Assembly: GCA_036733165.1 (NCBI GenBank) | Contig: DAINBB010000005.1 | Location: 5,547 to 69,546, forward strand | Direction of reading: 5' to 3' | DNA length: 64,000 bases | DNA from: Halobacteria archaeon | Lineage (GTDB): Archaea; Methanobacteriota_B; Thermococci; Methanofastidiosales; NM3 | Shown: one piece after another, positions 39,180 through 49,162 of the stretch | Layout of the letters: each line of letters starts with the position of its first letter | Numbering within the stretch: the stretch's first letter is position 1 | The notes under the pieces: model-generated | Databases searched by the model: none | What the model saw: only the letters and a program-made list of their open reading frames with translations | Told to the model about the DNA's origin: nothing | Translations under genes and position numbers: made by a program

Positions 39180-39419
39180 ATGCGTTGCACCAAGATGATT
39201 CACGATATCCCATTGAGCAATATTCCAGAAGGCGAGATATGTGAGGTGGACCATATATCTGCCGGCAGGGGATTGGCCAGGAGACTGGCGGAGCTCGGAT
39301 TCCTGGCGGGGACAAGACTTACCGTCAACAGGTCTGAGGGCGGCAGCATGATAGTATGCGTCAACGGACAGAGATTCGCGCTGAGCCGTGGCATAGCGAG
39401 CAAGATAAGCATCAAATGA
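39180..39419 (+). CDS. feoA: ferrous iron transport protein A (second copy)
   Basis: 79 aa FeoA paralog in tandem. Confidence 0.85.
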   Translation: MRCTKMIHDIPLSNIPEGEICEVDHISAGRGLARRLAELGFLAGTRLTVNRSEGGSMIVCVNGQRFALSRGIASKISIK

Positions 39420-39435
39420 TTCTAGGTTGGAACTT

Positions 39436-41427
39436 ATGGAGAATGACAACATCACGATAGCCTTGGCTGGTAATCCGAACGTTGGCAAGACCACGCTTTT
39501 CAACTCCCTCACGGGGACCAGGCAGCATGTTGGTAACTGGCCTGGTGTGACCGTGGAGAAGAAGGTCGGCACTGCGAGACACAAGGGCAGGGACATCACG
39601 ATAGTGGACCTTCCGGGGACATACAGCCTCAGTGCTTACTCGCTGGACGAGCTTGTCACGCGAGACTATATAATCAAGGGCCGTCCTGACGCCGTGATAC
39701 ACATCCTGGATGCATCCAATCTGGAAAGGAATCTTTATCTCACCATACAGTTGCTTGAACTGGACGTCAACGTCGTTCTTGCCCTCAACATGTACGACAT
39801 CGTCAAGAACAGGGGCGACACCATCGATGTGGAAATGCTTTCGAAGAATCTTGGCGTTCCCGTTGTCGAAACGGTCGCAAGCACCGGCGAGGGCATCGAG
39901 GAACTGATAGACGCGGCATTGCGCCTTCCCAAGGAAGGCATCGAGAGGTACAGGCCGTTCTACGGGGAAGACCTTGAGGAAAGGATATCGAAGGTCATGG
40001 ACGTGCTTGGTGGGGACGACAAGGTAACGCCCCGCTTCCCTAGGCGCTGGCTTGCCATAAAGGTGCTCGAGGAGGACAAGGAGGTCCTCAAGCTTCTGGA
40101 GGGAAGCGAGGTCGAACCGAAGCTGAAGCGTTACATGGACGGCGTTGGACAGAACACGGAACTGGAGCTTGTGAACAGGAGGTACGAGAACGTCCGATGC
40201 GTCATGTCTGGATCATGCAAGCTTTCCGACGGGGGCATGGACCCCTCAGACATGCTTGACAAGGTGGTCACCAACAAGTACCTTGGAATACCCATATTCC
40301 TCGCCATGATGTGGGCCGCCTTCGAGATGACGTTCAAGGTGGCCGAACCCTTCACGATAATGATAGACAAATTCTTCAGCTGGCTCATGGTGCTGATAAC
40401 GGAGAACGTGGGCAATGGGACGATAGCGTCGCTTCTTGGGGACGGCATCATAGGCGGCGTAGGTTCCGTGCTCGTGTTCGTGCCAAACATATTCCTCCTT
40501 TTCCTGATAATATCGCTGCTCGAGGACAGCGGTTACCTCGCCAGGGCCGCCTTTGTCATGGACAAGGTCATGTCCAGGATAGGTCTTCACGGCAAGTCCT
40601 TCATACCGCTACTCATCGGCTTCGGTTGCAGTGTGCCGGCCATCATGGCATGCCGCTCCATCGAGGACAACAAGGACCGCATAATAACGATCCTCTCAAC
40701 GCCTTTCATCACGTGTGGCGCACGCTTCCCGGTATATGTGCTGTTCGCCGGTGCCTTCTTTGCCGATTCGGAGGGCACTGTGGTCTTCTCCATGTACCTC
40801 TTGAGCATATTGATGGCCATAGTCTCCGTGATACTCCTGAGGAGGTTCATATTCAAGGGCGAGAAATCGCCTTTCATACTGGAGATCCCGCCATACAGGA
40901 TGCCGACCATGAGGTCGGCATTGCTCCACATGTGGGACAGGGGCAAGATGTACCTCAAGAAGGCGGGGACGATAATATTCCTTGGCGCCATAATAATATG
41001 GGTCCTGGCGTCATTCCCGCCAGGTGTGGAATACGGCAGCGGCGACAGCTTTGTGGGGATGATAGGCAAGGTACTCGAACCCCTCATAAGTCCGTTGGGC
41101 TTTGACTGGAAGATAGCCGTGGCCCTGACACTGGGTTTCGTCGCAAAGGAGATAGTGGTTGGCTCCCTTGGAACGTTATATGGCACGGGCGAGAACGACG
41201 ACCTGCTCAGGGACCAGTTGAGGAACGACCCCAGCATGACACCCCTGACCTCGTTGGGCGTCATGATATTCACGCTCATATACGTACCGTGCCTGGCCAC
41301 GGTGGCGATAATCAGGAAGGAGACGAATTCCTGGAAGTGGACATTGTTCTCCATCCTTTACAGCATGTCTTTGGCATGGGTCATAACGTTTGTAGTATAT
41401 CGCGTAGGTCTGCTTTTGGGTTATTAG
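39436..41427 (+). CDS. feoB: ferrous iron transport protein B
   Basis: N-terminal G-domain (GNPNVGKTTLFN) plus polytopic membrane domain; ATG 39436 (TTG 39427 in track). Confidence 0.9.
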   Translation: MENDNITIALAGNPNVGKTTLFNSLTGTRQHVGNWPGVTVEKKVGTARHKGRDITIVDLPGTYSLSAYSLDELVTRDYIIKGRPDAVIHILDASNLERNLYLTIQLLELDVNVVLALNMYDIVKNRGDTIDVEMLSKNLGVPVVETVASTGEGIEELIDAALRLPKEGIERYRPFYGEDLEERISKVMDVLGGDDKVTPRFPRRWLAIKVLEEDKEVLKLLEGSEVEPKLKRYMDGVGQNTELELVNRRYENVRCVMSGSCKLSDGGMDPSDMLDKVVTNKYLGIPIFLAMMWAAFEMTFKVAEPFTIMIDKFFSWLMVLITENVGNGTIASLLGDGIIGGVGSVLVFVPNIFLLFLIISLLEDSGYLARAAFVMDKVMSRIGLHGKSFIPLLIGFGCSVPAIMACRSIEDNKDRIITILSTPFITCGARFPVYVLFAGAFFADSEGTVVFSMYLLSILMAIVSVILLRRFIFKGEKSPFILEIPPYRMPTMRSALLHMWDRGKMYLKKAGTIIFLGAIIIWVLASFPPGVEYGSGDSFVGMIGKVLEPLISPLGFDWKIAVALTLGFVAKEIVVGSLGTLYGTGENDDLLRDQLRNDPSMTPLTSLGVMIFTLIYVPCLATVAIIRKETNSWKWTLFSILYSMSLAWVITFVVYRVGLLLGY

Positions 41428-41435
41428 GTGATGTC

Positions 41436-41879
41436 ATGAATACTGAAATAAGGAGAAAGTCAATATACTCTGCCGGCGTTGGCGGCGTGTACCTATCATT
41501 CGGTCTTGTCCAGTTCGTCTTCTCACTGGGGGTCGGGACATCTTCACTGCGATACCTCAACATCGATGACAACATCTTCGGAGGATTCATAATGGCGCTC
41601 ATAGGGGTGGTATTCATCTTCGCCCTTGAGAGGATGAGGAGGGACGATGTTGAGGGCACCGCGTTCCAGTTCTCGGGCATATTCCTGTCGTTGCTCTTTG
41701 CCGGGATCAATCTGTTGATACTTGGCGCCGATCTTTTAAGCGCGGCCCTTGAGGGCGGATCTTTGGAACTGCTCGGGAGCATCACCCCGATAATATACCT
41801 CGGCGTGCTCTCACTTGCCGGGCTGATGCTGTGGAAGGATGAGTTCTCGTTAAACAGGCTGAGCAGAGCGGGGGCATGA
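41436..41879 (+). CDS. small membrane protein of unknown function downstream of feoB
   Basis: 147 aa from ATG 41436, 4 predicted TM helices; the track ORF start lies inside feoB. Confidence 0.45.
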   Translation: MNTEIRRKSIYSAGVGGVYLSFGLVQFVFSLGVGTSSLRYLNIDDNIFGGFIMALIGVVFIFALERMRRDDVEGTAFQFSGIFLSLLFAGINLLILGADLLSAALEGGSLELLGSITPIIYLGVLSLAGLMLWKDEFSLNRLSRAGA

Positions 41880-41923
41880 TGAAATATTGAGAAAACTATA
41901 ATAATAGAAGGTATAATAAAATA

Positions 41924-41939
41924 ATTCGTTCATGCGAAT
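41924..41939. promoter_or_regulatory. ATTCGTTCATGCGAAT dyad (same ATTCG-N6-CGAAT half-sites) immediately upstream of the DtxR-family gene, next to a TATA-like ggtataataaaa
   Basis: 18 bp upstream of ATG 41957; suggests autoregulation. Confidence 0.45.
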
Positions 41940-41956
41940 AGTGTTTGGTGTTGCGA

Positions 41957-42418
41957 ATGCCTACCATAAAAACAGAGGAGTATATAGAGGTCATATACGA
42001 AATTGTGGAAAAGAAGGGTTATGCTAGGGTGAAGGATGTCGCCCTGATGCTTGATGTCGGCCTTTCAACAGTCTCTGAAATGTTCCAGAAGCTCAGTAAT
42101 GAGGACTATATCAATTATGAGAAGTACAGCGGCGTCACCCTCACCGAAAAAGGCGAGAAGCTGGCAAAGCTTCTGGAGAGGAGGCATGGCACCATAAAGA
42201 GCTTCCTTAAGCTGTTGGGCCTTCCCGAGGACCTTGCGGACAAGGAGGCGTGCACACTGGAACACGTCATGGAGAAAGAGACCATAGAACGCCTCACATG
42301 TTTTGTGGATTTCATCGATTCCATCGAGAATCCCCCCTGGCTGGAGAGATTCAAGGTATACTGCGCCACAGGCGAACTGATAGAATGCCCAAACAAGGAC
42401 TGTTCAAGGTGTGATTGA
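41957..42418 (+). CDS. DtxR/MntR-family metal-dependent transcriptional repressor
   Basis: 153 aa from ATG 41957; N-terminal wHTH, metal-site His/Glu/Cys residues, C-terminal Cys-rich tail. Confidence 0.8.
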   Translation: MPTIKTEEYIEVIYEIVEKKGYARVKDVALMLDVGLSTVSEMFQKLSNEDYINYEKYSGVTLTEKGEKLAKLLERRHGTIKSFLKLLGLPEDLADKEACTLEHVMEKETIERLTCFVDFIDSIENPPWLERFKVYCATGELIECPNKDCSRCD

Positions 42419-42429
42419 TCCTTTTTATA

Positions 42430-42810
42430 TCAGTCCTTGGCCCTGATGATTATCTTCTTTGGATTGGTGATCCCGAGCAGGGGTGTGTGGTCGACCATCT
42501 TCCCGATCACATTGACCGCCGATGCGGGCCTGGGCCTCTCGTCGACAGATATCGGGGTGCGCCCGAAGAAGATGCACAGCACATCGCCCGGCGGCCAGAA
42601 ACCGATGTCGCCGGCCTCGAGATCCTCTGTCGGATTCTCGTCCCCTATGTGGAAGGGGACCTTGAAGTAGAACTCCCCTCCCCAGCTCACAGGACTCCCT
42701 TTTATTGGAAGGGATTCAAGTAGCATCTTGGCAGTATCCGGGCTCTTGTCGTCATAGATGTACCCCTCGAATGTCTGACCGTCTATCTCTATCTCTATAT
42801 CGTTTCTCAT
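42430..42810 (-). CDS. cyclophilin-like fold protein (DUF369/PF04126-like)
   Basis: about 127 aa from ATG 42810; small beta-barrel protein typical of archaea; family call from memory. Confidence 0.45.
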   Translation of the reverse strand: MRNDIEIEIDGQTFEGYIYDDKSPDTAKMLLESLPIKGSPVSWGGEFYFKVPFHIGDENPTEDLEAGDIGFWPPGDVLCIFFGRTPISVDERPRPASAVNVIGKMVDHTPLLGITNPKKIIIRAKD

Positions 42811-44132
42811 GCAATACCGCCTATCCACTCGTGTATGTCGTTTATCAATCCCTCATCAACATGCCCTTCGATGTAATATTCCGTCCCGATAGACCTATCC
42901 TCCCCGTACATCATAAGATGGTTTAGGCCGGGATATGAGATGAACGTGGCGTTCTCCTTGCCACTGAGGCCATACTCCCACAGTTGGAAGTCCTCCATCG
43001 TCACCTGATAGTCCCTCTCTCCCTGAACCACCAATATGGGTGTATCAAGCCCCCTTGCGACTTCCACCTGATCATAGGTCGAGAGGTCCTCCCAATAGGC
43101 CCTCGCGGCGCCCAGCACTATCTCTCCTTCGCCGATGTCAAGCTCAGATATCCTCAATGCCATCTCCGTCACTTGTTCTATGGTCGCCATCTCCCCATCA
43201 TCTATCACGCCATCGTAGTTGCTGATATACCATATCTGCTCGACAATTAGCTCCTCAAGCGCCCTGGCATTTCCGGACATGACCACTATGCCCGCCAACT
43301 CGTCGGTCATGGAGGCTATCCGCGGTGCCATCATGCCCCCAAGACTGTGCCCTATGACGTATATGCTCTCCGGATCAACACCTTCCACTGCCTTGAGGGT
43401 CTCTATTGCGGCAAGGGCGTCGTATACCGTCTCCTCCATGACAGTGAATCCCAATATCTCGTTGATCCCTATGGAGTAAGCATACGTCCTCTTGTCATAC
43501 CTCAACACTGCAACGCCCTGGCTTGCGAGGCCGGTCGCGATGTCCTTGAACGGCTTGTTGGGCCCAATGGTCTCGTCCATGTCATTTGCCCCAGACCCAT
43601 GCACAAGGACGACCCCCGGGAACGGACCGTCCCCCAAAGGCATGGTTAATATGCCCGACAGCACGTAATCTCCGGATACCACCTCCACCTCCACTTCCGT
43701 GTAGGCGCTTTGATCTGCATATGGCGGAAGCTCGTAACCTGAGGCTTCTGAGATCCAGAATCCGGATATCATGCAATCGCTGTCGTACACTATCCTCAGG
43801 ACCCCGCTCTCGCCCTTTGAAAAGGCATAGGTCATGTCCACGATGGTGTATTCGCCGTCATTCTCTATGGAGATGTCTTCAATATCCCCTGGCTCTCCGT
43901 AGGTCTCAACGACCTCTGACCACAATGACTCTAGCTCCTCCAGTGATATCTCCCCCTTCATGTCCTCATCGAACGAATTGAAGAACTTCTCGTATTGTCC
44001 GGATGAGAGATATCCGGCATGTTCCTTTGCCATATCCTCAAGGTCAACTTGTCTCTCGCCACCTATGCAGCCCGATATCAGCGAGAGCAATACTATCAGG
44101 AATACCATCGGTCTTGAAAACTTCTGTTCCAT
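42807..44132 (-). CDS. secreted alpha/beta-hydrolase lipoprotein with N-terminal DUF3887-like domain
   Basis: 441 aa; signal peptide plus lipobox (LISGC); nucleophile elbow GHSLGG. Confidence 0.7.
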   Translation of the reverse strand: MEQKFSRPMVFLIVLLSLISGCIGGERQVDLEDMAKEHAGYLSSGQYEKFFNSFDEDMKGEISLEELESLWSEVVETYGEPGDIEDISIENDGEYTIVDMTYAFSKGESGVLRIVYDSDCMISGFWISEASGYELPPYADQSAYTEVEVEVVSGDYVLSGILTMPLGDGPFPGVVLVHGSGANDMDETIGPNKPFKDIATGLASQGVAVLRYDKRTYAYSIGINEILGFTVMEETVYDALAAIETLKAVEGVDPESIYVIGHSLGGMMAPRIASMTDELAGIVVMSGNARALEELIVEQIWYISNYDGVIDDGEMATIEQVTEMALRISELDIGEGEIVLGAARAYWEDLSTYDQVEVARGLDTPILVVQGERDYQVTMEDFQLWEYGLSGKENATFISYPGLNHLMMYGEDRSIGTEYYIEGHVDEGLINDIHEWIGGIA

Positions 44133-44263
44133 GGTCTATTCTCCCTCATGATTCAACATCTTTTCATTATTCGTTATTTTATAAAATTAATAAGGAGTAA
44201 CCTTTTTATATTTCTCCATGTTCGGAGTCTTAAGCAACATCTTGATTATTTTCTGTGATAGGT

Positions 44264-45469
44264 ATGGCATATTTGAAGCTAATATCCTATGAGGATGCAC
44301 TGAAGACCCTTCTTGAAGAAACTGAAACCGTCGAAGGGAGCGAAGGGGCAATGTTGGACAATGCCCTGGGTAGGGTGGCCATTGCTGACATCGCATCGCC
44401 CATCGATGTCCCCTCTTACCGAAAGTCTCAGATGGACGGATACGCGATCGTCTCCTCCGATTCATTCAAGGCAAGTGAGGACTCTCCTGTTCAGTTGGAG
44501 GTCATCGAGGAGATCGATGCGGGCGACATACCTTCCAAGATTGTCAGTTCGGGAATGTGCTCTTATGTTGCCACCGGCGCGGCGGTTCCAGAGGGTGCGG
44601 ATTCTGTGGTGATGATAGAGGACGTGATCCGTGATGGCGAGAAGATACTGTTTTCAAGGTCCACGGCCCCCGGCGAGAACGTGATGCAAACGGGATTCGA
44701 TGTCCAGAGGGGGGCCATGATAATGAGGAAGGGGGAGCGGGTAACATCGAGAAAGGCCGCTGCGCTCTCTGGCATGGGCATCACAGAGCTGGAGGTACGT
44801 AGGATGCCACGGATAGCAGTGATATCGACAGGCAGCGAGATAGTGCTTCCTGGAGAGCGCTACGGGCCTGTGAACACATACGATGTGAACGGCCGATATC
44901 TTACGAGCGAATGCAGAAGGCTCGGGTGCGATGTGGACTTTCTGGGCATAGCTGCGGATAACAGGAAGGCCCTCATTGAGAAGCTGGACCTGGCCAAGCT
45001 ATACGATCTGGTTCTCGTTTCCGCTGGCGTCTCCAAGGGCGTGAAGGACCTTATGGAGAAGACGGTCTCGGAGTTTGGTGAAATAATCCTCCATGGCATA
45101 AACATCAAACCTGGAAAACCGACCCTTGCATCAAGATGCGGCGGGACGCTCATGATAGGCCTTCCGGGACATCCAACCTCATGTGTCATGATATTCAAGA
45201 TGTTGGTGGAACCCTTGGTCCACAAGATGTGCGGCTCTGAACACCATTTTAAGAAAAGAAAGATGAAGTTGTTGAAGCGCGTGGTCGCCACGAAGGGCAG
45301 AATGCAATTTCTTCCCATCAGGGTCAGCGATGATGGCGTTGTCCCCGTTTTCAGGGGCAGTGGGGCCATAACGAGCTTTCTCAACGCCGACGGCATAGCG
45401 ATAATAGATGAGAACACGGAGTATCTAGACCCTGGAGAACTGTTGGAAGTTGTCTTGCTGGATGATTGA
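44264..45469 (+). CDS. moeA: molybdopterin molybdotransferase MoeA (paralog 1)
   Basis: gephyrin E-domain-like; ATG 44264 (GTG 44255 in track). Confidence 0.85.
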   Translation: MAYLKLISYEDALKTLLEETETVEGSEGAMLDNALGRVAIADIASPIDVPSYRKSQMDGYAIVSSDSFKASEDSPVQLEVIEEIDAGDIPSKIVSSGMCSYVATGAAVPEGADSVVMIEDVIRDGEKILFSRSTAPGENVMQTGFDVQRGAMIMRKGERVTSRKAAALSGMGITELEVRRMPRIAVISTGSEIVLPGERYGPVNTYDVNGRYLTSECRRLGCDVDFLGIAADNRKALIEKLDLAKLYDLVLVSAGVSKGVKDLMEKTVSEFGEIILHGINIKPGKPTLASRCGGTLMIGLPGHPTSCVMIFKMLVEPLVHKMCGSEHHFKKRKMKLLKRVVATKGRMQFLPIRVSDDGVVPVFRGSGAITSFLNADGIAIIDENTEYLDPGELLEVVLLDD

Positions 45470-46361
45470 CATGAACGCCCCTAACGGAATCCCCATAAGG
45501 AACATAAGAATATCGTTGACGAAGAGGTGCAATCTAAAGTGCTTCTATTGCCACAGGGAAGGGGAGCTCATCCCGAAGGGCGTGCCCAGGGAGATCACAG
45601 TTGAAGAGATAGAGAACCTTTTGGAGGTGTCAAGGGAACTTGGGATCGACAAGGTGAGGTTCACCGGGGGAGAACCCTTGGTCAGGAAGGACATAATTGA
45701 GGTGGTGGAAGCCGCCTCAAGGCACATGGATGACGTCTCCCTCTCGACCAACGGCACGCTACTGGCACCCATAGCCAAGGACCTCAAGGATGCGGGCCTT
45801 GACAGGATAAACGTTACCCTAAATTCACTAAAACCTGATATATTCAGTTCGATGGTGGGGGCAGACGCCCTCTCCGATGCCGTTGACGGGGTGGAGAAGG
45901 CGTATGAGGCAGGCATAAATCCTATCAAAATAAACATGGTCGTGGTAAAGAGGAACTGCGGCGAGATACCGGACATGATATCCTATCTGAGGCCAGGGAT
46001 GATACTCCAGCTCATCGAACTGATAGCTTCAAAGGACGGGGAGGCCGATTCGTTCTATCTGGAGAATCATGTTGATTTTGGCCCGATCGAAAAATACTTG
46101 GAAGAACATGCCGAAAGGATCGAGGTCAGACAGAAGCACAAGAGGAAGAGATACTGCCTCCCACAGGTCGTCGAGATCGTCAGGTCCATGCACAACTCAA
46201 CGTTCTGCCAGCATTGCAACAGCATAAGGGTCACGAGCGAAGGAAAGGTCAAGAAATGCCTGTTTAACAATGATCTTAAGATAATAGACGATTTCAGTGA
46301 CAAGGATTCGATAAGGCGCGTGATGGAGTCAACCATAATGGAAAAGAGGCCGTATTGGTGA
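45462..46361 (+). CDS. moaA: GTP 3',8-cyclase MoaA (radical SAM)
   Basis: CNLKCFYC radical-SAM motif and a C-terminal second cluster; ATG 45462 overlaps the moeA stop. Confidence 0.9.
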   Translation: MIDMNAPNGIPIRNIRISLTKRCNLKCFYCHREGELIPKGVPREITVEEIENLLEVSRELGIDKVRFTGGEPLVRKDIIEVVEAASRHMDDVSLSTNGTLLAPIAKDLKDAGLDRINVTLNSLKPDIFSSMVGADALSDAVDGVEKAYEAGINPIKINMVVVKRNCGEIPDMISYLRPGMILQLIELIASKDGEADSFYLENHVDFGPIEKYLEEHAERIEVRQKHKRKRYCLPQVVEIVRSMHNSTFCQHCNSIRVTSEGKVKKCLFNNDLKIIDDFSDKDSIRRVMESTIMEKRPYW

Positions 46362-46365
46362 TCTC

Positions 46366-46608
46366 ATGAAGGTCTTAGTGCGATACTTTGCCAGGATGAA
46401 AGAACTTTTTTTGAACGATTCTGAGATATTCGCCATTCAGGAGGGTGCCGACCTACGTTCACTTTTATTAATGATAGAACAGAAGTATTCATTGGCATTG
46501 GATGATTATCCACTATTCTTTTCAGTGAATCATGAGTATAGTGGATTGGACAGGCGATTGAAGGAGGGAGACGAGATAGCGATCCTCTATCCTCCCAGCG
46601 GTGGTTGA
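46366..46608 (+). CDS. moaD: MoaD/ThiS-family sulfur carrier (C-terminal GG)
   Basis: 80 aa beta-grasp protein ending ...PPSGG. Confidence 0.75.
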   Translation: MKVLVRYFARMKELFLNDSEIFAIQEGADLRSLLLMIEQKYSLALDDYPLFFSVNHEYSGLDRRLKEGDEIAILYPPSGG

Positions 46609-47010
46609 ATGATCAAGGTCCAGAGGGAAGACTTCGATATCGAAGCGAACATCGATTCGATCAGTGACAGTTCCTGCGGGGCAGTGGTGTCGTTCATCGG
46701 GACCGTAAAATCCCCCGTGAAGGGAGGGAACGTAACTGCGTTGGAACTTGAGGCCTATGGCGAGATGGCGGTCAGGGAACTGGAGAAGATAGAGGTTGAG
46801 GCGAGGCAGCGGTTCGCGATAAGGGACCTGTTGGTCATCCATAGGATAGGCAGGCTCGAGGTGGGGGACAGGATAGTCCACATATGCGTCTCCTCCGAGG
46901 GAAGGGACGCCGCCTTCGACGCATCGAGATTTGTATTGGAAAAAATAAAGGAATGTGTTCCCCTGTTCAAAAAGGAACACACTGACAAGGGAGAATATTG
47001 GCATGGATAA
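46609..47010 (+). CDS. moaE: molybdopterin synthase catalytic subunit MoaE
   Basis: 133 aa; MoaE fold motifs (GAVVSFIGTVK...). Confidence 0.85.
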   Translation: MIKVQREDFDIEANIDSISDSSCGAVVSFIGTVKSPVKGGNVTALELEAYGEMAVRELEKIEVEARQRFAIRDLLVIHRIGRLEVGDRIVHICVSSEGRDAAFDASRFVLEKIKECVPLFKKEHTDKGEYWHG

Positions 47011-47467
47011 AATGTTCACACACGTGTCCGGCAAGGGGGTCGGGATGGTCGACATATCAAACAAGGAAAGGACCAAGAGGGCGGCCGTGGCCGAAGGGTC
47101 CATACGCCTTGGTCCCAAGACCCTTTCGTTGATAGAGAGCGATGGTATCAGGAAGGGAAACGTATTAGCAACGGCACAGTTGGCAGGCATAATGTCCGCG
47201 AAGAGAACATCGGAGCTGATCCCCCTTTGCCACCAGATCCCTCTCGACAGCATAGACCTGGATCTCAAGATACAAAAAGATGGCATATTGGCGACCTGCA
47301 GGGTTGTTACCACATATGGCACGGGGGTGGAGATGGAGGCCCTGATGGGTGTGTCACAGGCACTTCTCACCATATGGGACATGGTAAAGGCCGTCGAAAA
47401 GGACGAGGACGGGCAGTACCCCTCAACGAGGATCGATGATATCCGCGTCATCAGTAAGGAGAAATGA
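47003..47467 (+). CDS. moaC: cyclic pyranopterin monophosphate synthase MoaC
   Basis: 154 aa from ATG 47003 (MDKMFTHV...); 8-bp overlap with the moaE stop. Confidence 0.9.
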   Translation: MDKMFTHVSGKGVGMVDISNKERTKRAAVAEGSIRLGPKTLSLIESDGIRKGNVLATAQLAGIMSAKRTSELIPLCHQIPLDSIDLDLKIQKDGILATCRVVTTYGTGVEMEALMGVSQALLTIWDMVKAVEKDEDGQYPSTRIDDIRVISKEK

Positions 47468-47967
47468 AAATGTCGGTCCATGAGCATAAGAGCGGGGCAC
47501 CTAAAAAGATAACGTTCTCCGTGATAACCGTGTCTGACAGATGTTCCCGGGGTGAGTCCGAGGACCTCTCAGGCAACTACATAGTCGAGGAACTGTCGAG
47601 GGCAAACACCCTTTTGGGAAGATATGTCGTCCCTGATGAGATGACCGATATCTCGTCCGCTGTGAAAAAGGCTGCGGGGGAATCGGACTGCGTCGTTCTC
47701 ACGGGCGGCACAGGTGTCGCACGAAGGGATGTTACCATCGAGTCCGTTAGACCTCTGTTGGACAAGGAGATCGTGGGTTTTGGCGAGCTTTTCAGAAGAC
47801 TGAGCCATGACGAGGTCGGAACGGCATCGATCATGAGCGGCGCGATGGGGGGCGTCATGGGTGGCAGCGTCGTGTTCTGTCTTCCGGGAAGCCTGCCGGC
47901 AGTGCGATTGGGAATGGGCATAATAATGTCCGAGGCCCACCATATCATAAAACACCTGAGGGATTAG
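47464..47967 (+). CDS. moaB: molybdenum cofactor biosynthesis protein B (MoaB/MogA family)
   Basis: 167 aa; MogA/MoaB GGTG motif (LTGGTGVARRD). Confidence 0.8.
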   Translation: MKMSVHEHKSGAPKKITFSVITVSDRCSRGESEDLSGNYIVEELSRANTLLGRYVVPDEMTDISSAVKKAAGESDCVVLTGGTGVARRDVTIESVRPLLDKEIVGFGELFRRLSHDEVGTASIMSGAMGGVMGGSVVFCLPGSLPAVRLGMGIIMSEAHHIIKHLRD

Positions 47968-49152
47968 ATGAGGGAGTTCAAGAATCTTGTACCATATGCC
48001 GAGGCCCTTGAGATGACATACCCCTACGCTCCAACCCTGGTCAGGGAAGACCTCCCACTTGAAGCATCGTTGGACAGGGTGTTGGCGGAGGACCAGACCT
48101 CGCCCATAGATTCCCCCCCGTTCGACAGGGCGGCAATGGACGGTTACGCTGTCATCGCAGAGGACACCTTCGCTGTCAGGGAAGGCGCCTGTGCGAAGTT
48201 GGAGGTGATCGATGACATCACTGCAGGCGAGGTGTCTGAGATGGAGGTGACGTCCGGCAAGGCGGTCGGCATAATGACCGGCGCGAAGATGCCAAAGGGG
48301 GCCAATGCCGTCGTCATTCAGGAGCTCGTCAAGAGAGATGGGTCATCCCTCGAGGTATACACCAAGGTGCCGCCGCTCAAGAACGTTTCCCTAAGGGGGG
48401 AGGACGTAAAGGCAGGAGACCTCGTGTTTGAGATGGGGACCAGGCTTTCTCCGGAACAGTTGGCGGTCCTCCGTTCTTTGGGCGTGCGCTCCGTCGGCGT
48501 CATGAGGCGGCCAAAGGTCTCGGTAATCGTGACAGGCAACGAGTTCGCCAAAGAGGTGGCGGATGGGAAGATATTCGAATCCAATTCCCTGATGCTCTCG
48601 AAGCTTCTGGAATCGGCAAATTGCGACATAGGGCATGTGTCTGTCGTCAATGATGACAAGGATTCCATAATTTCCGCGCTGGCAAGGGCAGCCGATTCGG
48701 ATTTCATCATGGTCACCGGAGGCAGTTCGTTCGGCAAAAAGGACATGTCAAGCATAATATTCGAAGACTTTGTATTCCACGGTGTGACGACAAAACCAGG
48801 ACGTCCCCTCGGCTTCGTAATCTGGGAAGGAAAACCGGTCTATGTCATGTCCGGATATCCTGTTGCCGCATTCGTCCAGTTCTATATGTTTGTCATCCCT
48901 TTCCTTGAAAAGACGATGGGGACGCGATATTTAAGGAAGGTGAAGATGGTAATGTCCACAGACCTCCCCTCCCAGTTGGGAAGGACGGAGTTCGTCCGTT
49001 GCAGGATCAAGGAAGGAATGGTGGAGCCGATCAGGAAGTCTGGCTCCAGCATGCTATCCTCTGTCGCAAACGCCGATGGATTCGTCCTTGTCGATGAGCT
49101 GACAGAAGGTCTTAACAAAGGTGATGTGATTGAGTTCAACTGTTTCGTCTGA
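47968..49152 (+). CDS. moeA: molybdopterin molybdotransferase MoeA (paralog 2)
   Basis: 394 aa second gephyrin-E-like protein. Confidence 0.85.
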   Translation: MREFKNLVPYAEALEMTYPYAPTLVREDLPLEASLDRVLAEDQTSPIDSPPFDRAAMDGYAVIAEDTFAVREGACAKLEVIDDITAGEVSEMEVTSGKAVGIMTGAKMPKGANAVVIQELVKRDGSSLEVYTKVPPLKNVSLRGEDVKAGDLVFEMGTRLSPEQLAVLRSLGVRSVGVMRRPKVSVIVTGNEFAKEVADGKIFESNSLMLSKLLESANCDIGHVSVVNDDKDSIISALARAADSDFIMVTGGSSFGKKDMSSIIFEDFVFHGVTTKPGRPLGFVIWEGKPVYVMSGYPVAAFVQFYMFVIPFLEKTMGTRYLRKVKMVMSTDLPSQLGRTEFVRCRIKEGMVEPIRKSGSSMLSSVANADGFVLVDELTEGLNKGDVIEFNCFV

Positions 49153-49162
49153 ACGATACGAA

